Shown: positions 20,482 to 29,604 of the stretch, piece after piece | Position numbering within the stretch: position 1 is the first letter of the stretch | Layout of the letters: each line of letters begins with the position of its first letter | Assembly: GCA_964467585.1 (NCBI GenBank) | Contig: CAYXRF010000001.1 | Coordinates: forward strand, 67,119-131,118 | DNA length: 64,000 nt | DNA from: an uncultured Oscillospiraceae bacterium | GTDB lineage: Bacteria; Bacillota; Clostridia; Christensenellales; CAG-138 | Reading direction: 5' to 3' | Position numbers and translations under genes: made by a program | Notes under the pieces: generated by a model | Told to the model about the DNA's origin: nothing | The model's input: the letters and a program-made list of their open reading frames with translations, nothing else | Databases searched by the model: none

Positions 20482-21627
20482 ATGATGAAAAAAAGGTTTG
20501 ATTCTTCAAAAACATATGCGATAGCATTGGGCGGAGGCGGCTCCAAGGGTGCGTATGAGGTTGGCGTGTGGCGCGCACTTGAGGAGGAGGGTATGCAGTA
20601 CAACGCTGTTTCGGGCACGTCCGTCGGCGCGCTTAACGGTGCGCTTATGACAATGAGAGAGCTTGATGCAGCGGAACAGCTTTGGAGTCATATCCGTTAC
20701 TCACAGGTAATGGATGTTGACGATGGTCTGATGCAGCGGATGTTCACGGGCAGCATAAGCAAAACGGAGATGCGCCCCATTCTCAGGCGCGTGATGGGCA
20801 TAGTACGCGAAAAGGGCATCGATGTGTCGCCTCTGCGTCAGCTTCTGATGCAGTACGTTGATTCGGCAAAAATTCTTAATTCTGATGTTGAGTTTTATGT
20901 TATGACGTATTCCGTTTCCGACAAAAAAGAGGTTGAAGTTGACGTCAAATCCTTGTCGGAGCATCGTATGCGTGAGATGCTGCTTGCAAGCGCATATTTT
21001 CCTGCGTTCAAAAATGAGCTTCTTGACGGAAAACGCTATGCAGACGGTGGGTTCGGGGACGTAATACCGGTATCAGCTCTGCTGCGCCACTCTCATAAAG
21101 ATATTATCGCCATAAAGCTTGGCGAGGGCTTGGGTGTGGTTAAGCGTGTAAAGCCGGCGCCGGACGTTACCATCCAATACATTGAGCCGACACGAAAGCT
21201 GGGCTCTCTGCTTGATTTTTCACCGGAGCATTCAAGCTATCTTATTAAGCTCGGCTATTATGACGCAAAGCGCTTTGCATATGGCTTGAGCGGGGATTTC
21301 TACTATGTGGACCGCACGTGGACTGAAAACGAGGCGTATAACATACTTATGCGCATAATTAGAGATTATCTCGGGCTTATCGGAAAAGCGCCTTCAATGC
21401 GCGACGTCCATGAGCAAATACTTCCGCGTATCGCCCGCGAGTATGGCGTTGAAAGGGGCGATTATTTTGATATTCTTCTTCGCTATCTCGAAAGAAGCGG
21501 CGAAGCGCTTGCCGTACCGGAGTTTGATATAGTTACGGATGAACAGCTTTTGCAGCTTGTGGACAAAGCATATTACGCTTCAACCGATGCAATGGCGGTT
21601 ATGCCCAAGTGTCTGATCAAGCTGTGA
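20482..21627 (+). CDS. patatin-like phospholipase
   Basis: Oxyanion GGGGSKG, nucleophile elbow GTSVG, and a DGG catalytic Asp motif (ADGGFGD). Confidence 0.88.
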   Translation: MMKKRFDSSKTYAIALGGGGSKGAYEVGVWRALEEEGMQYNAVSGTSVGALNGALMTMRELDAAEQLWSHIRYSQVMDVDDGLMQRMFTGSISKTEMRPILRRVMGIVREKGIDVSPLRQLLMQYVDSAKILNSDVEFYVMTYSVSDKKEVEVDVKSLSEHRMREMLLASAYFPAFKNELLDGKRYADGGFGDVIPVSALLRHSHKDIIAIKLGEGLGVVKRVKPAPDVTIQYIEPTRKLGSLLDFSPEHSSYLIKLGYYDAKRFAYGLSGDFYYVDRTWTENEAYNILMRIIRDYLGLIGKAPSMRDVHEQILPRIAREYGVERGDYFDILLRYLERSGEALAVPEFDIVTDEQLLQLVDKAYYASTDAMAVMPKCLIKL

Positions 21628-21637
21628 TAACACTTTG

Positions 21638-22054
21638 TCATATGATATCCACAAAGCTTATGTCGTTCGCGCTGCATATGTATTCCAGCAAATAGCGCAC
21701 ATCGCCAAGCTTTTGTATCAGATTAGCCGAATCCTCTACGATGGATAGATGCATCGCGCTTTGGGTCGCAGCAATCATTAAGGATACATCCTTGTGGTGC
21801 GAAAACAGATTCAGACGGTTCTCATAGCTTGAAAAAAGCGAATTAAGCTCTGAAACGGCGGAATACGCCGTTTCAAAATCCCCTGCGTGAGCGGATGAAA
21901 GTGCGGCGTCCAACAGTGGCGTTGCTTTTTTCTCCAGCCTTCCCGTGATAATCTCAGGCAAAACAAACACAGCTATGAGAATCAGCACGGCGACTGCCAT
22001 AGCCATCACGGTGACGATTGAATTTGCTTTTAAGCCGCTGTTCCTCAGCTTCAT
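21638..22054 (-). CDS. small membrane-anchored protein (DUF4363-like, tentative)
   Basis: One N-terminal TM and a helical C-terminal domain. The ATG at 22054 has GAGGAG upstream. It lies immediately downstream of the DUF421 gene. Confidence 0.6.
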   Translation of the reverse strand: MKLRNSGLKANSIVTVMAMAVAVLILIAVFVLPEIITGRLEKKATPLLDAALSSAHAGDFETAYSAVSELNSLFSSYENRLNLFSHHKDVSLMIAATQSAMHLSIVEDSANLIQKLGDVRYLLEYICSANDISFVDII

Positions 22055-22107
22055 ATTAATAATGCTCCTCACTAAAAAATGTTGACACAACGTCAATGCG
22101 GCATGCT

Positions 22108-22827
22108 TCAGTCCGCTTCAACCTTCAAAAAATGGGACTCCGTGCGTCTGCTCAGTCTGCTCATATCCTGCGCATGAAGCATACCGTCATCGTCAAGGCA
22201 GACAAAAAGACATTCACGCTCACTTTTATAGCCCATTCGATTAAGACGCTTGACAAGCCAATCATGATCGTAGCCCGCCTCAGCGAGTGCCTTACAGGAG
22301 ATCCTGCCATCCGACACAAGCATTATTGATGGATGGGCATTGGGGGACTGAAGCCCCGCTTGTTCACATGTGGGCTGCTGAAATGGACCCTTCATAAGCA
22401 CGGAAAGAGAGCCGTTGGTTTCAAGAATTGCATATTCCACCTGCGATATTGCAAACACATCCTTTACCCTCAGCTGCTCTGTAAGATCGTTGAGGGTATA
22501 ATTGGCGGCGCGCATGGCGTCCTCCATCACTATACCCTTGGAAATAATCAAAAGTGGCTTTCCGCAGACGAGCGTCCGCACTTTGCCACTTTTAAGCGCA
22601 AGATGAGCGACAACTCTGTGCAAAAGAAAAAGACACAGTATGGGAATTATACCATACATCACGGGTATGGCGGAGTCGCTCATGGGAACGGATGCAAGGT
22701 CTGCAATAAGCAGAGTGATAACCAAGTCAAATGGCTGCATATCGCTTATCTGCCGCTTACCCATAAGCCGCACGACAGCAAACACCAAAAAATAGACGAT
22801 TATCGTCCTTATGAACAACGTGAACAA
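22108..22827 (-). CDS. DUF421 (YetF-family) membrane protein
   Basis: The N-terminus (IRTIIVYFLVFAVVRLMGKRQISDMQPFDLVITLLIADLAS) is characteristic of YetF/DUF421. Confidence 0.8.
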   Translation of the reverse strand: MFTLFIRTIIVYFLVFAVVRLMGKRQISDMQPFDLVITLLIADLASVPMSDSAIPVMYGIIPILCLFLLHRVVAHLALKSGKVRTLVCGKPLLIISKGIVMEDAMRAANYTLNDLTEQLRVKDVFAISQVEYAILETNGSLSVLMKGPFQQPTCEQAGLQSPNAHPSIMLVSDGRISCKALAEAGYDHDWLVKRLNRMGYKSERECLFVCLDDDGMLHAQDMSRLSRRTESHFLKVEAD

Positions 22828-22968
22828 AGAATCACCTCCGACTTATATGTTAAGCGGCAACGATATAAGTGTTTTCATTAATAAAAGAAATTATGCTTTT
22901 GCACGGTTGCGGAATAAAAGAGTATGTGATAATATGTAAAGCACATGAATGTCATGGGGGTTCAATCA

Positions 22969-23397
22969 ATGAAAAAAACGTTTGTATCGGCCGCCGCATT
23001 AATAATGCTTGCGGTGATTGCCGTTTCACTCTGCGCCTGCCAAACAGAGGAAGAAAGCCTCAAGCACAAAAGCGATATTGCAACTGATGGTGCGTGGAAC
23101 ACATATTCCGTATTGGCAGAAATCCCAAAGTATGAGCTTGGCGGCACCTTTGTTGAAGCTTCAAAGCCAAACTCCTATGGAGATGCGGTCACGGTTGCAT
23201 TTTCGGATGTTTCCAAGGATGACTTTTTAGCGTATGCCAACGTGCTTGAGCAGAGCGGCTTTGTCATGAAGGAAAGCTCGTCACTGTGGATAAATCAGGA
23301 CGTCAACGGTATGCCTCAGTTCACAAAAAACGGTAAGATGGTTACCCTTTCGTGGAATTCAAGCGGGTCGCTTCAGATAATCGTGGCATTCGCTTGA
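22969..23397 (+). CDS. hypothetical lipoprotein
   Basis: MKKTFVSAAALIMLAVIAVSLCAC lipobox. The ATG at 22969 has a G-rich SD upstream. Confidence 0.7.
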   Translation: MKKTFVSAAALIMLAVIAVSLCACQTEEESLKHKSDIATDGAWNTYSVLAEIPKYELGGTFVEASKPNSYGDAVTVAFSDVSKDDFLAYANVLEQSGFVMKESSSLWINQDVNGMPQFTKNGKMVTLSWNSSGSLQIIVAFA

Positions 23398-23412
23398 GCA
23401 TATAAAAACGAC

Positions 23413-24534
23413 CTATCCCATCAACCCGCATTTGTCATAATAGCTCAGTATTAGGTTGACCACCTCAGAGTATGTCTCCACGCCGTTCTCCTGCCCGTTA
23501 AACTTAAGGTAGGAGTCATTGAAGCTTGTGGATATACTCTTTATTTTGCTGCTGTCATATTTGTTATAGTATTCGCTGTAATCCGCCAAGTCGCGCAGCA
23601 TTCCGTCGGAATAAAGAGCGCAAACCCGTGCGTATGCATCGCTGTCATATTGATACAAAGCGTTAACACAGCTTATAAGCGCACCCATATAGCCTGAATA
23701 TGCAATGTCGGCGTCGGATGAAGCGGTGCAGGCAAGAAAAGCCACAAAGTTAGCCTCGTCCTCCTGCGCCCATCCAAGGTAATGCGCCGTTTCATGCGCG
23801 GCGTCATACGCGACAAAAAGATCGGGCTGCTCGGTATTAACATTTGCTTCTGCAGTATAGCAGATGAATATCCCCGCCGTACCCGTGTATGACATAGCCT
23901 TAGAATGCATCACGGACTTTGCGGGATATACCCTGCGCGAAAAAAGAGGATATTCTGCTGCAAGATCCGTATAGGCGTTGACAACCCTTTTTGCCGTGTC
24001 GTCAAACATATCGGCATAGCAGAATACGCCGTTTTCATCCTGAGAGGCCGTCTCACGCAGAGCCGCAGCCTTTTTTGCAAGCTCGGTACAAGCCGTTTCA
24101 AGCTGTTCGGTGCTGTATTGACCGCTCGGAAGCTCCATTGTCTGCGAAAGCGGCACTCTGAATTGGTTGAAGCCCCATAATCCGTAAAAGGCAAAAAGAA
24201 GCATGCCACCGATTATGCAGTATGTGATTACGAGGGAGAGCAGACGGACAAGCCTTTCGGGCTTAAATGAAAATGCCCGTATCAATCTGATGATAAGCAA
24301 CAAAAGCATTGCGAACGCTCCGATGACAATCACAAATTCGGCAATCGAAAACGGCACTGCGGAACTGATTGCACCCAGCGCTTGGGAAAGCTTGGGATAT
24401 ATGCCAAGCGAATAGACGCGTTCTGTAAAGGCGGGGTAACGTGCCGCAAGGCGCGTAAGCGCATACACAAGAGGAAACACCAAAAGCCACAGCAAACGAA
24501 AAAGCTGACGCCGCAGCGTATATTTCCCAAACAT
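23413..24534 (-). CDS. DUF3810-like membrane protein with HExxH-type motif
   Basis: Three N-terminal TM segments and a C-terminal domain with AAHETAHYLG (zincin-like). I chose the internal ATG at 24534. Confidence 0.7.
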   Translation of the reverse strand: MFGKYTLRRQLFRLLWLLVFPLVYALTRLAARYPAFTERVYSLGIYPKLSQALGAISSAVPFSIAEFVIVIGAFAMLLLLIIRLIRAFSFKPERLVRLLSLVITYCIIGGMLLFAFYGLWGFNQFRVPLSQTMELPSGQYSTEQLETACTELAKKAAALRETASQDENGVFCYADMFDDTAKRVVNAYTDLAAEYPLFSRRVYPAKSVMHSKAMSYTGTAGIFICYTAEANVNTEQPDLFVAYDAAHETAHYLGWAQEDEANFVAFLACTASSDADIAYSGYMGALISCVNALYQYDSDAYARVCALYSDGMLRDLADYSEYYNKYDSSKIKSISTSFNDSYLKFNGQENGVETYSEVVNLILSYYDKCGLMG

Positions 24535-25245
24535 TAACGCACCTCCCATAAGAATCTGCCGCACAGCAATACAATACAACAGCAGCATTATATCATAAAA
24601 CGCATTGCTCGGTATATAGGTTCCGCGTTAAAAGAATGTGACATTGATGAGATAAAAGAGGTATAAAGCAAACAGCGTGACGCAACGAAAATCAGATGCT
24701 GCATTGTGCTAATCGGTATAGTATAGGCTTCCAAGAGCCGTCGCGCCGGAGGGCAGCGCGACGGCGGAAGCGTATTGCGCTTATGATTTGCAGCAAAGAC
24801 ATGGGAATGACGGCATTATGTACCCTCCATGATATAAAAACAAAACAGCCGATACCAAACGAAAACGCTCAATATGACTCCAAGGATGCTTCACAATACC
24901 TCAGCCGCAGCCCGCACGCAGGCAGACTGTTGCCTCGGCACATGAGCGGAAGAAAGCCAACATTTTTCATCGCGGCAATCATCCGCAAAACTCCTTCATA
25001 CATATATCCCCCAAAAGTCCAAAATTCTCGTTTTTTAAAAAAATATATTTTTGCGGATGCTTACCATATTGCAACAGCGAATGGGCGGCAGTCAGTTCAA
25101 AGCATCCGCCGAGGCATATCAATTGCACGATATATTGCATATATCCAGCATATGCGCACAAACAATACGTAATACCATACAAAAGCTGTCGCTGTTCACT
25201 GAAACAGATCCGAAAAAACGGATTGAAAAGAATCAAGACTAACGC

Positions 25246-25276
25246 TTGACTTAGAGTTAACTCAAAGGTTTATAAT
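25246..25276 (+). promoter_or_regulatory. MerR-type promoter: -35 TTGACT, 19-bp spacer with dyad operator, -10 TATAAT
   Basis: TTGACT 25246-25251, spacer 25252-25270 (19 nt), TATAAT 25271-25276. The dyad CTTAGAGTT/AACTCAAAG (25250-25267) has 16 of 18 symmetric positions. It lies 31 nt upstream of the flavodoxin-merR-adh operon. Confidence 0.75.
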
Positions 25277-25307
25277 ACGCATTATAAACAGTGAAGGAGG
25301 CGTTGAC

Positions 25308-25838
25308 ATGAGCAACGACAAAAAACATGTGCTGGCAGCATACTTTTCCCACAAGGGGCAAAACTACTCAAATGGCTCAATAGTTGAGCTAAAACAAGGA
25401 AATACGGCGGTTGCCGCAGAGATAATCGCGGGGCTTACAGGCGCGGATTCCTACGAGATTGAGACGATAAAGTCTTACCCAAATGATTATCACGAATGCA
25501 CCGTTGTTGCCAAGGATGAACTTAGAGCAAACACAAGACCTGCGCTTGCAGGCAGCATAGATATTTCAGGCTATGACATAATAATTCTGGGATATCCGAA
25601 CTGGTGGGGAACAATGCCGATGGCTGTTATGACTTTTTTGGAGAGCGGCGACTTCTCCCAAAAGATAATATTGCCCTTTTGCACGCATGAGGGCAGCGGC
25701 ATGGCAAACAGCGAGGCAGATTTGAAGAAGGCGGTTCCAAACGCGGACGTCAGAAGAGGCATAGCCATTCAGGGCTCGTCGGTAAAAAATTCATCTTCCG
25801 CCATAAAACAATGGCTGGTTGCTCAAAAAATCCTGTAA
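25308..25838 (+). CDS. flavodoxin-family protein
   Basis: Flavodoxin-like fold motifs (LAAYFSHKGQNY, ILGYPNWWGTMP, PFCTHEGSG). A strong SD (GAAGGAGG) precedes the start. Confidence 0.85.
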   Translation: MSNDKKHVLAAYFSHKGQNYSNGSIVELKQGNTAVAAEIIAGLTGADSYEIETIKSYPNDYHECTVVAKDELRANTRPALAGSIDISGYDIIILGYPNWWGTMPMAVMTFLESGDFSQKIILPFCTHEGSGMANSEADLKKAVPNADVRRGIAIQGSSVKNSSSAIKQWLVAQKIL

Positions 25839-25853
25839 GGGAGAAAAGACGCG

Positions 25854-26240
25854 ATGACGATTAAGGACGTCGGGAAGAAATTCGGGGTCTCTGCGGACGC
25901 CCTGCGCTACTATGAGCGCGTGGGCATGATACCGCCCGTTCACAGAACAGAGGGTGGCATACGCGATTACACAGACGAGGATATAGGATGGGTGCAGCTT
26001 GCCGTATGCATGAGAAGCGCAGGTCTGCCCGTCGAGGTGATGATAGAGTATCTCAAGCTTTACAGACAGGGAGAAAAAACAATTCCCGCAAGGCTTGAGC
26101 TGCTTAAAGCCCAGAAGGACGTGCTGATTGAACAGCGCAAAAGCATCGACACAACGCTTGAAAGGCTGAATTATAAGATTGCCCGTTACGAGATTGCCGT
26201 GGAAACCGGTAAGCTTACATGGGATGAAAACTGCAAGTAA
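25854..26240 (+). CDS. MerR-family transcriptional regulator (NmlR/AdhR-like, Cys52)
   Basis: It has the HTH (IKDVGKKFGVSADALRYYERVGMIPP), a coiled-coil dimerisation helix, and a single internal Cys at residue 52 (codon 26007-26009). Confidence 0.88.
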   Translation: MTIKDVGKKFGVSADALRYYERVGMIPPVHRTEGGIRDYTDEDIGWVQLAVCMRSAGLPVEVMIEYLKLYRQGEKTIPARLELLKAQKDVLIEQRKSIDTTLERLNYKIARYEIAVETGKLTWDENCK

Positions 26241-26259
26241 AACATGAGGAGATATTATT

Positions 26260-27423
26260 ATGCAAAACTTTAACTACTATTGCCCGACAAGGCTGATTTT
26301 CGGAAAGGATTCAATTGAAAGCCTGCCGGAGGCTCTGAGACCATTGGGCAAAAAGCTGCTTCTGACATATGGAGGCGGAAGCATCAAAAGGATGGGGCTG
26401 TACGACAAGGTAAAGTCTCTGCTTAGGGACTTTGATGTGTTTGAGCTTTCAGGGATTGAGCCAAACCCCAAATACGATCCAAGCGTGATTGACGGCGTGA
26501 GGATATGCAAAGAAAACAACATAGACGCCATACTGTCTGTTGGCGGCGGCAGCGTACTGGACTGCTCAAAGGCTATTGCTGCCGGCGCAAAATATGAGGG
26601 CGATGCGTGGGACCTTATATCCTACAAGGTCAAGGCAAAGGCTGCGCTGCCGATAGTGGATATCATCACGCTTGCCGCAACGGGGAGCGAATATGACACT
26701 GGTGCGGTTATATCCAGAACCGACACAAACGACAAGATAGGCTATCTCGATCCGCTTTTGGCGCCCGTCTGCTCAATATTGGATCCGACGTACACATTCA
26801 CGGTTTCGCCAAAGCACACTGCGGCGGGGACGGCGGACGCAATGAACCACATTATAGAGCAATACTTTGCGGAGGATACAACACTGCTTAACGATGGCTT
26901 TTGTGAGGCGGAGCTGAAAAGCCTTATGGCAAACGTCCGTATTGCTCTGAAGGATCCCACAAATTATAAGGCAAGAGCGGAGCTGATGCTTGACTGCACA
27001 TACGGCTGCAACGGCATACTTGCGCTTGGAAACAGCCAATCGGGGTGGCCTTGTCACGGCATGGAGCACGCGTTAAGCGCATATTATGACATTACGCACG
27101 GAGAGGGACTCGCAATCATCACGCCGCGATGGATGAGGCATATCCTCAACGACAGGACGCTTGATCGCTTTGTAAAGTTTGGAGTTAATGTATTTGGTAT
27201 TGATGCGTCTCAGGACAAATACGAAATTGCCAACAAGGGAATCAATACGCTGTATGCATTTTTTGAGGAGATAGGCATCCCCATGCACCTGAAGGAGGTT
27301 GGCATTGATGAAAGCAGGCTTGGTGAAATGGCACATCATGTCGCCGTAAACGAGGGGCTTGAAAGCGCGTATGCGCCGCTTACCGAAAGCGACATAAAGG
27401 AGATATTCACGGCGTCGCTCTAA
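26260..27423 (+). CDS. iron-containing (group III) alcohol dehydrogenase, butanol dehydrogenase/YqhD-like
   Basis: Fe-ADH motifs (GGGSVLDCSKAIA, His cluster HGMEHALS...THGEGLA). Confidence 0.9.
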   Translation: MQNFNYYCPTRLIFGKDSIESLPEALRPLGKKLLLTYGGGSIKRMGLYDKVKSLLRDFDVFELSGIEPNPKYDPSVIDGVRICKENNIDAILSVGGGSVLDCSKAIAAGAKYEGDAWDLISYKVKAKAALPIVDIITLAATGSEYDTGAVISRTDTNDKIGYLDPLLAPVCSILDPTYTFTVSPKHTAAGTADAMNHIIEQYFAEDTTLLNDGFCEAELKSLMANVRIALKDPTNYKARAELMLDCTYGCNGILALGNSQSGWPCHGMEHALSAYYDITHGEGLAIITPRWMRHILNDRTLDRFVKFGVNVFGIDASQDKYEIANKGINTLYAFFEEIGIPMHLKEVGIDESRLGEMAHHVAVNEGLESAYAPLTESDIKEIFTASL

Positions 27424-27846
27424 AATGCGTGGCTATGAGACGCCTTTCAACGCTGAGGGCAGGCATGGCGGCGAATGCGTGAAAAATAGACGTGGGGGTT
27501 CAGCGGATTGGCTTAACTTCATTTTCAGATAAAAAAACGGATTGAGCCAAATTGCTGTTCGCCAACAAATCAACAAGACGCATAATACACATATCTATAA
27601 TGATGTTCGGAGCTGAATCGTGCCTAATCTTGATTCATAAGCTCCGGACGTCATTCGTTTTGTTTGCAGCTGCCGCAGCGCCAAATTACGCCTTGCGCAC
27701 GGCACGGCACACGTCAATATGATGCATCACAACATATAGTGACGAAAGCAATATTATTTGGGATTCACAAATCAGTGACGATATGATAAAATAAAATGTG
27801 TGTTTGTTTGCAGCAAGCTGTAAACGCCAAATGGGAGGTTTGCTGA

Positions 27847-29415
27847 ATGGGTCAGTATGAAAGAATCGTTGCGGTGATTCCCGCATACAAGCCAAGTGAA
27901 AATTTTGTTGCATATGCGCAGAAATTGACTGACAGCGGTATATGCGGCCTGGTTGTTGTCAACGATGGGAGCGGCAGCGAATACGACGATATTTTTTCAA
28001 AGCTGAGCAGTATTAATAACTGTCATGTTATTACACATAGTGAAAACAAGGGCAAGGGCTGCGCTCTCAAAAGTGCCTTTGCGTACTGCAAACAGAGCTA
28101 TGACGACTCATATGTGTTTGTAACAGCGGATTGCGATGGTCAGCATACCATTAAGGACGTCATCAGAACAGCAGACTTTGCGCGTGAATACCCAAACGAT
28201 TTTGTGCTCGGCGCAAGGGATTTTTCAAATGTCAACGTGCCTAAACGCAGCAGAATGGGCAATGTTACAACGCGAAAGCTGTTCAGCCTTCTGTATGGTG
28301 TTAACATTTCAGACACGCAGACAGGGCTGCGTGCATTTTCATACGGCTTGCTTGATATGCTCCGCCATGTGTTTGGAATGCGTTTTGAATACGAGATGAA
28401 TCAACTGATAGTGCTGCACAAAAAAGGGGTCGTCATACGTGAAACGCCAATTGGCACAGTATATGACACGCAAAGCTCGTCCCATTACAGAACGCTTTCA
28501 GACAGCATAAAGGTGTTCGGAGTGCTGCTTAAAAATCTTGGCTGGTACGCAGCTTCAAGTGGCATATCCGCGCTTACGGATACGGTGGTGTTCTATGTTG
28601 CTCTGAGATATATTTTCACGCTTGACAAGGCGTGGCTTGCAACCCTTGCCGCCACGGTTACGGCGCGTGTACTGTCCTCAATCATCAACTTCACAATCAA
28701 TTTCAAATTTGTTTTTAACGGAAAATCCAAAAAGAGCATTCTGCGGTATTACACGCTTTGGATATGCCAGCTCGGAGCATCCTATGGTCTTGCATTCATT
28801 TGGCAAAGCCTCTTTCCTGCGGCGATTGCAGTAACCGTGATGAAGGCGATGAGCGACATATGCCTTGCGGTGATTTCATATCAGGTGCAGTGCAACTGGG
28901 TATTTGCGGAAAGCAACAGGGGCAAAAGCTTCTGGGGATTTGCCGCCCGCGTGCACGGGATGTTTATAAAAAAATATAGATCGCTTGTCACACAGGACTC
29001 GGGCGGGGCGGTCTATTTTTGCAAGGCTAACAACACTGAAAGACGTTTGACGGTGGCATACAGCCTTGGCTTCGATACACATATGGCTGCGGACGACGCC
29101 CCGAAGGAAACAAAGCCAATAGCATCAAACGGCAAAGCAATGCTGAATGAGGCGGAGCGCGGATTGAAAATCGGTCAAAGCATTCTAACATTCACAAACG
29201 GCATAAGTATTGAAAAAGACCTGCTTGCGTTGGCGCAACGTTACCATGTATGGTCGGGCAGACATCTGCGGCTTATTCCGCTTGTTGTAGACGATGCGGG
29301 GAAGCGCGTGATCGAATGTCGTCCGCTTGTGATTACGGATTTTTCGGATAATAAGCAGACAGAGCGTGTCACGGCTGAAATACTTTCTGCCGTCAATCAA
29401 AAGCTTGACAGTTAA
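27847..29415 (+). CDS. family-2 glycosyltransferase fused to a GtrA-like TM domain and an extra C-terminal domain
   Basis: The N-terminal part is GT2 (VIPAYKPSE...VVVNDGSG...TADCDGQH). The middle carries 4 TM segments with the GtrA signature (RVLSSIINFTINFKFVF). About 170 aa of C-terminal domain follow. Confidence 0.85.
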   Translation: MGQYERIVAVIPAYKPSENFVAYAQKLTDSGICGLVVVNDGSGSEYDDIFSKLSSINNCHVITHSENKGKGCALKSAFAYCKQSYDDSYVFVTADCDGQHTIKDVIRTADFAREYPNDFVLGARDFSNVNVPKRSRMGNVTTRKLFSLLYGVNISDTQTGLRAFSYGLLDMLRHVFGMRFEYEMNQLIVLHKKGVVIRETPIGTVYDTQSSSHYRTLSDSIKVFGVLLKNLGWYAASSGISALTDTVVFYVALRYIFTLDKAWLATLAATVTARVLSSIINFTINFKFVFNGKSKKSILRYYTLWICQLGASYGLAFIWQSLFPAAIAVTVMKAMSDICLAVISYQVQCNWVFAESNRGKSFWGFAARVHGMFIKKYRSLVTQDSGGAVYFCKANNTERRLTVAYSLGFDTHMAADDAPKETKPIASNGKAMLNEAERGLKIGQSILTFTNGISIEKDLLALAQRYHVWSGRHLRLIPLVVDDAGKRVIECRPLVITDFSDNKQTERVTAEILSAVNQKLDS

Positions 29416-29540
29416 CGCACGCCTTGTACGGCGGCAATAATTAGCTTAAGAGCACAATCAATTAATCGACATTAAAGCCGTTGGATTCATATCAGACGGC
29501 TTGTTGCATGAGTATATTTCAAGCAAGCATAATAAAAAGA

Positions 29541-29588
29541 TTGACACTTGAATATGAATGAGCTATCATATGAATATAGATTCATATG
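29541..29588 (+). promoter_or_regulatory. promoter with overlapping ArsR/SmtB-type operator dyads
   Basis: TTGACA 29541-29546, 17-nt spacer, TATCAT 29564-29569. There is a perfect 9-4-9 inverted repeat CATATGAAT-ATAG-ATTCATATG (29567-29588) and a second dyad ATATGA-N8-TCATAT (29552-29571). Confidence 0.7.
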
Positions 29589-29604
29589 AAGGAGGGTTAA
29601 TTAC

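Noticed and set aside
24696-25172. 158-aa + ORF, and the 85-aa - ORF 24979..25236, in the gene-free island
   Set aside because: They have no SD, low-complexity Arg/Lys/Ile-rich sequence and no motif. I treat the region as non-coding and structured (see finding).
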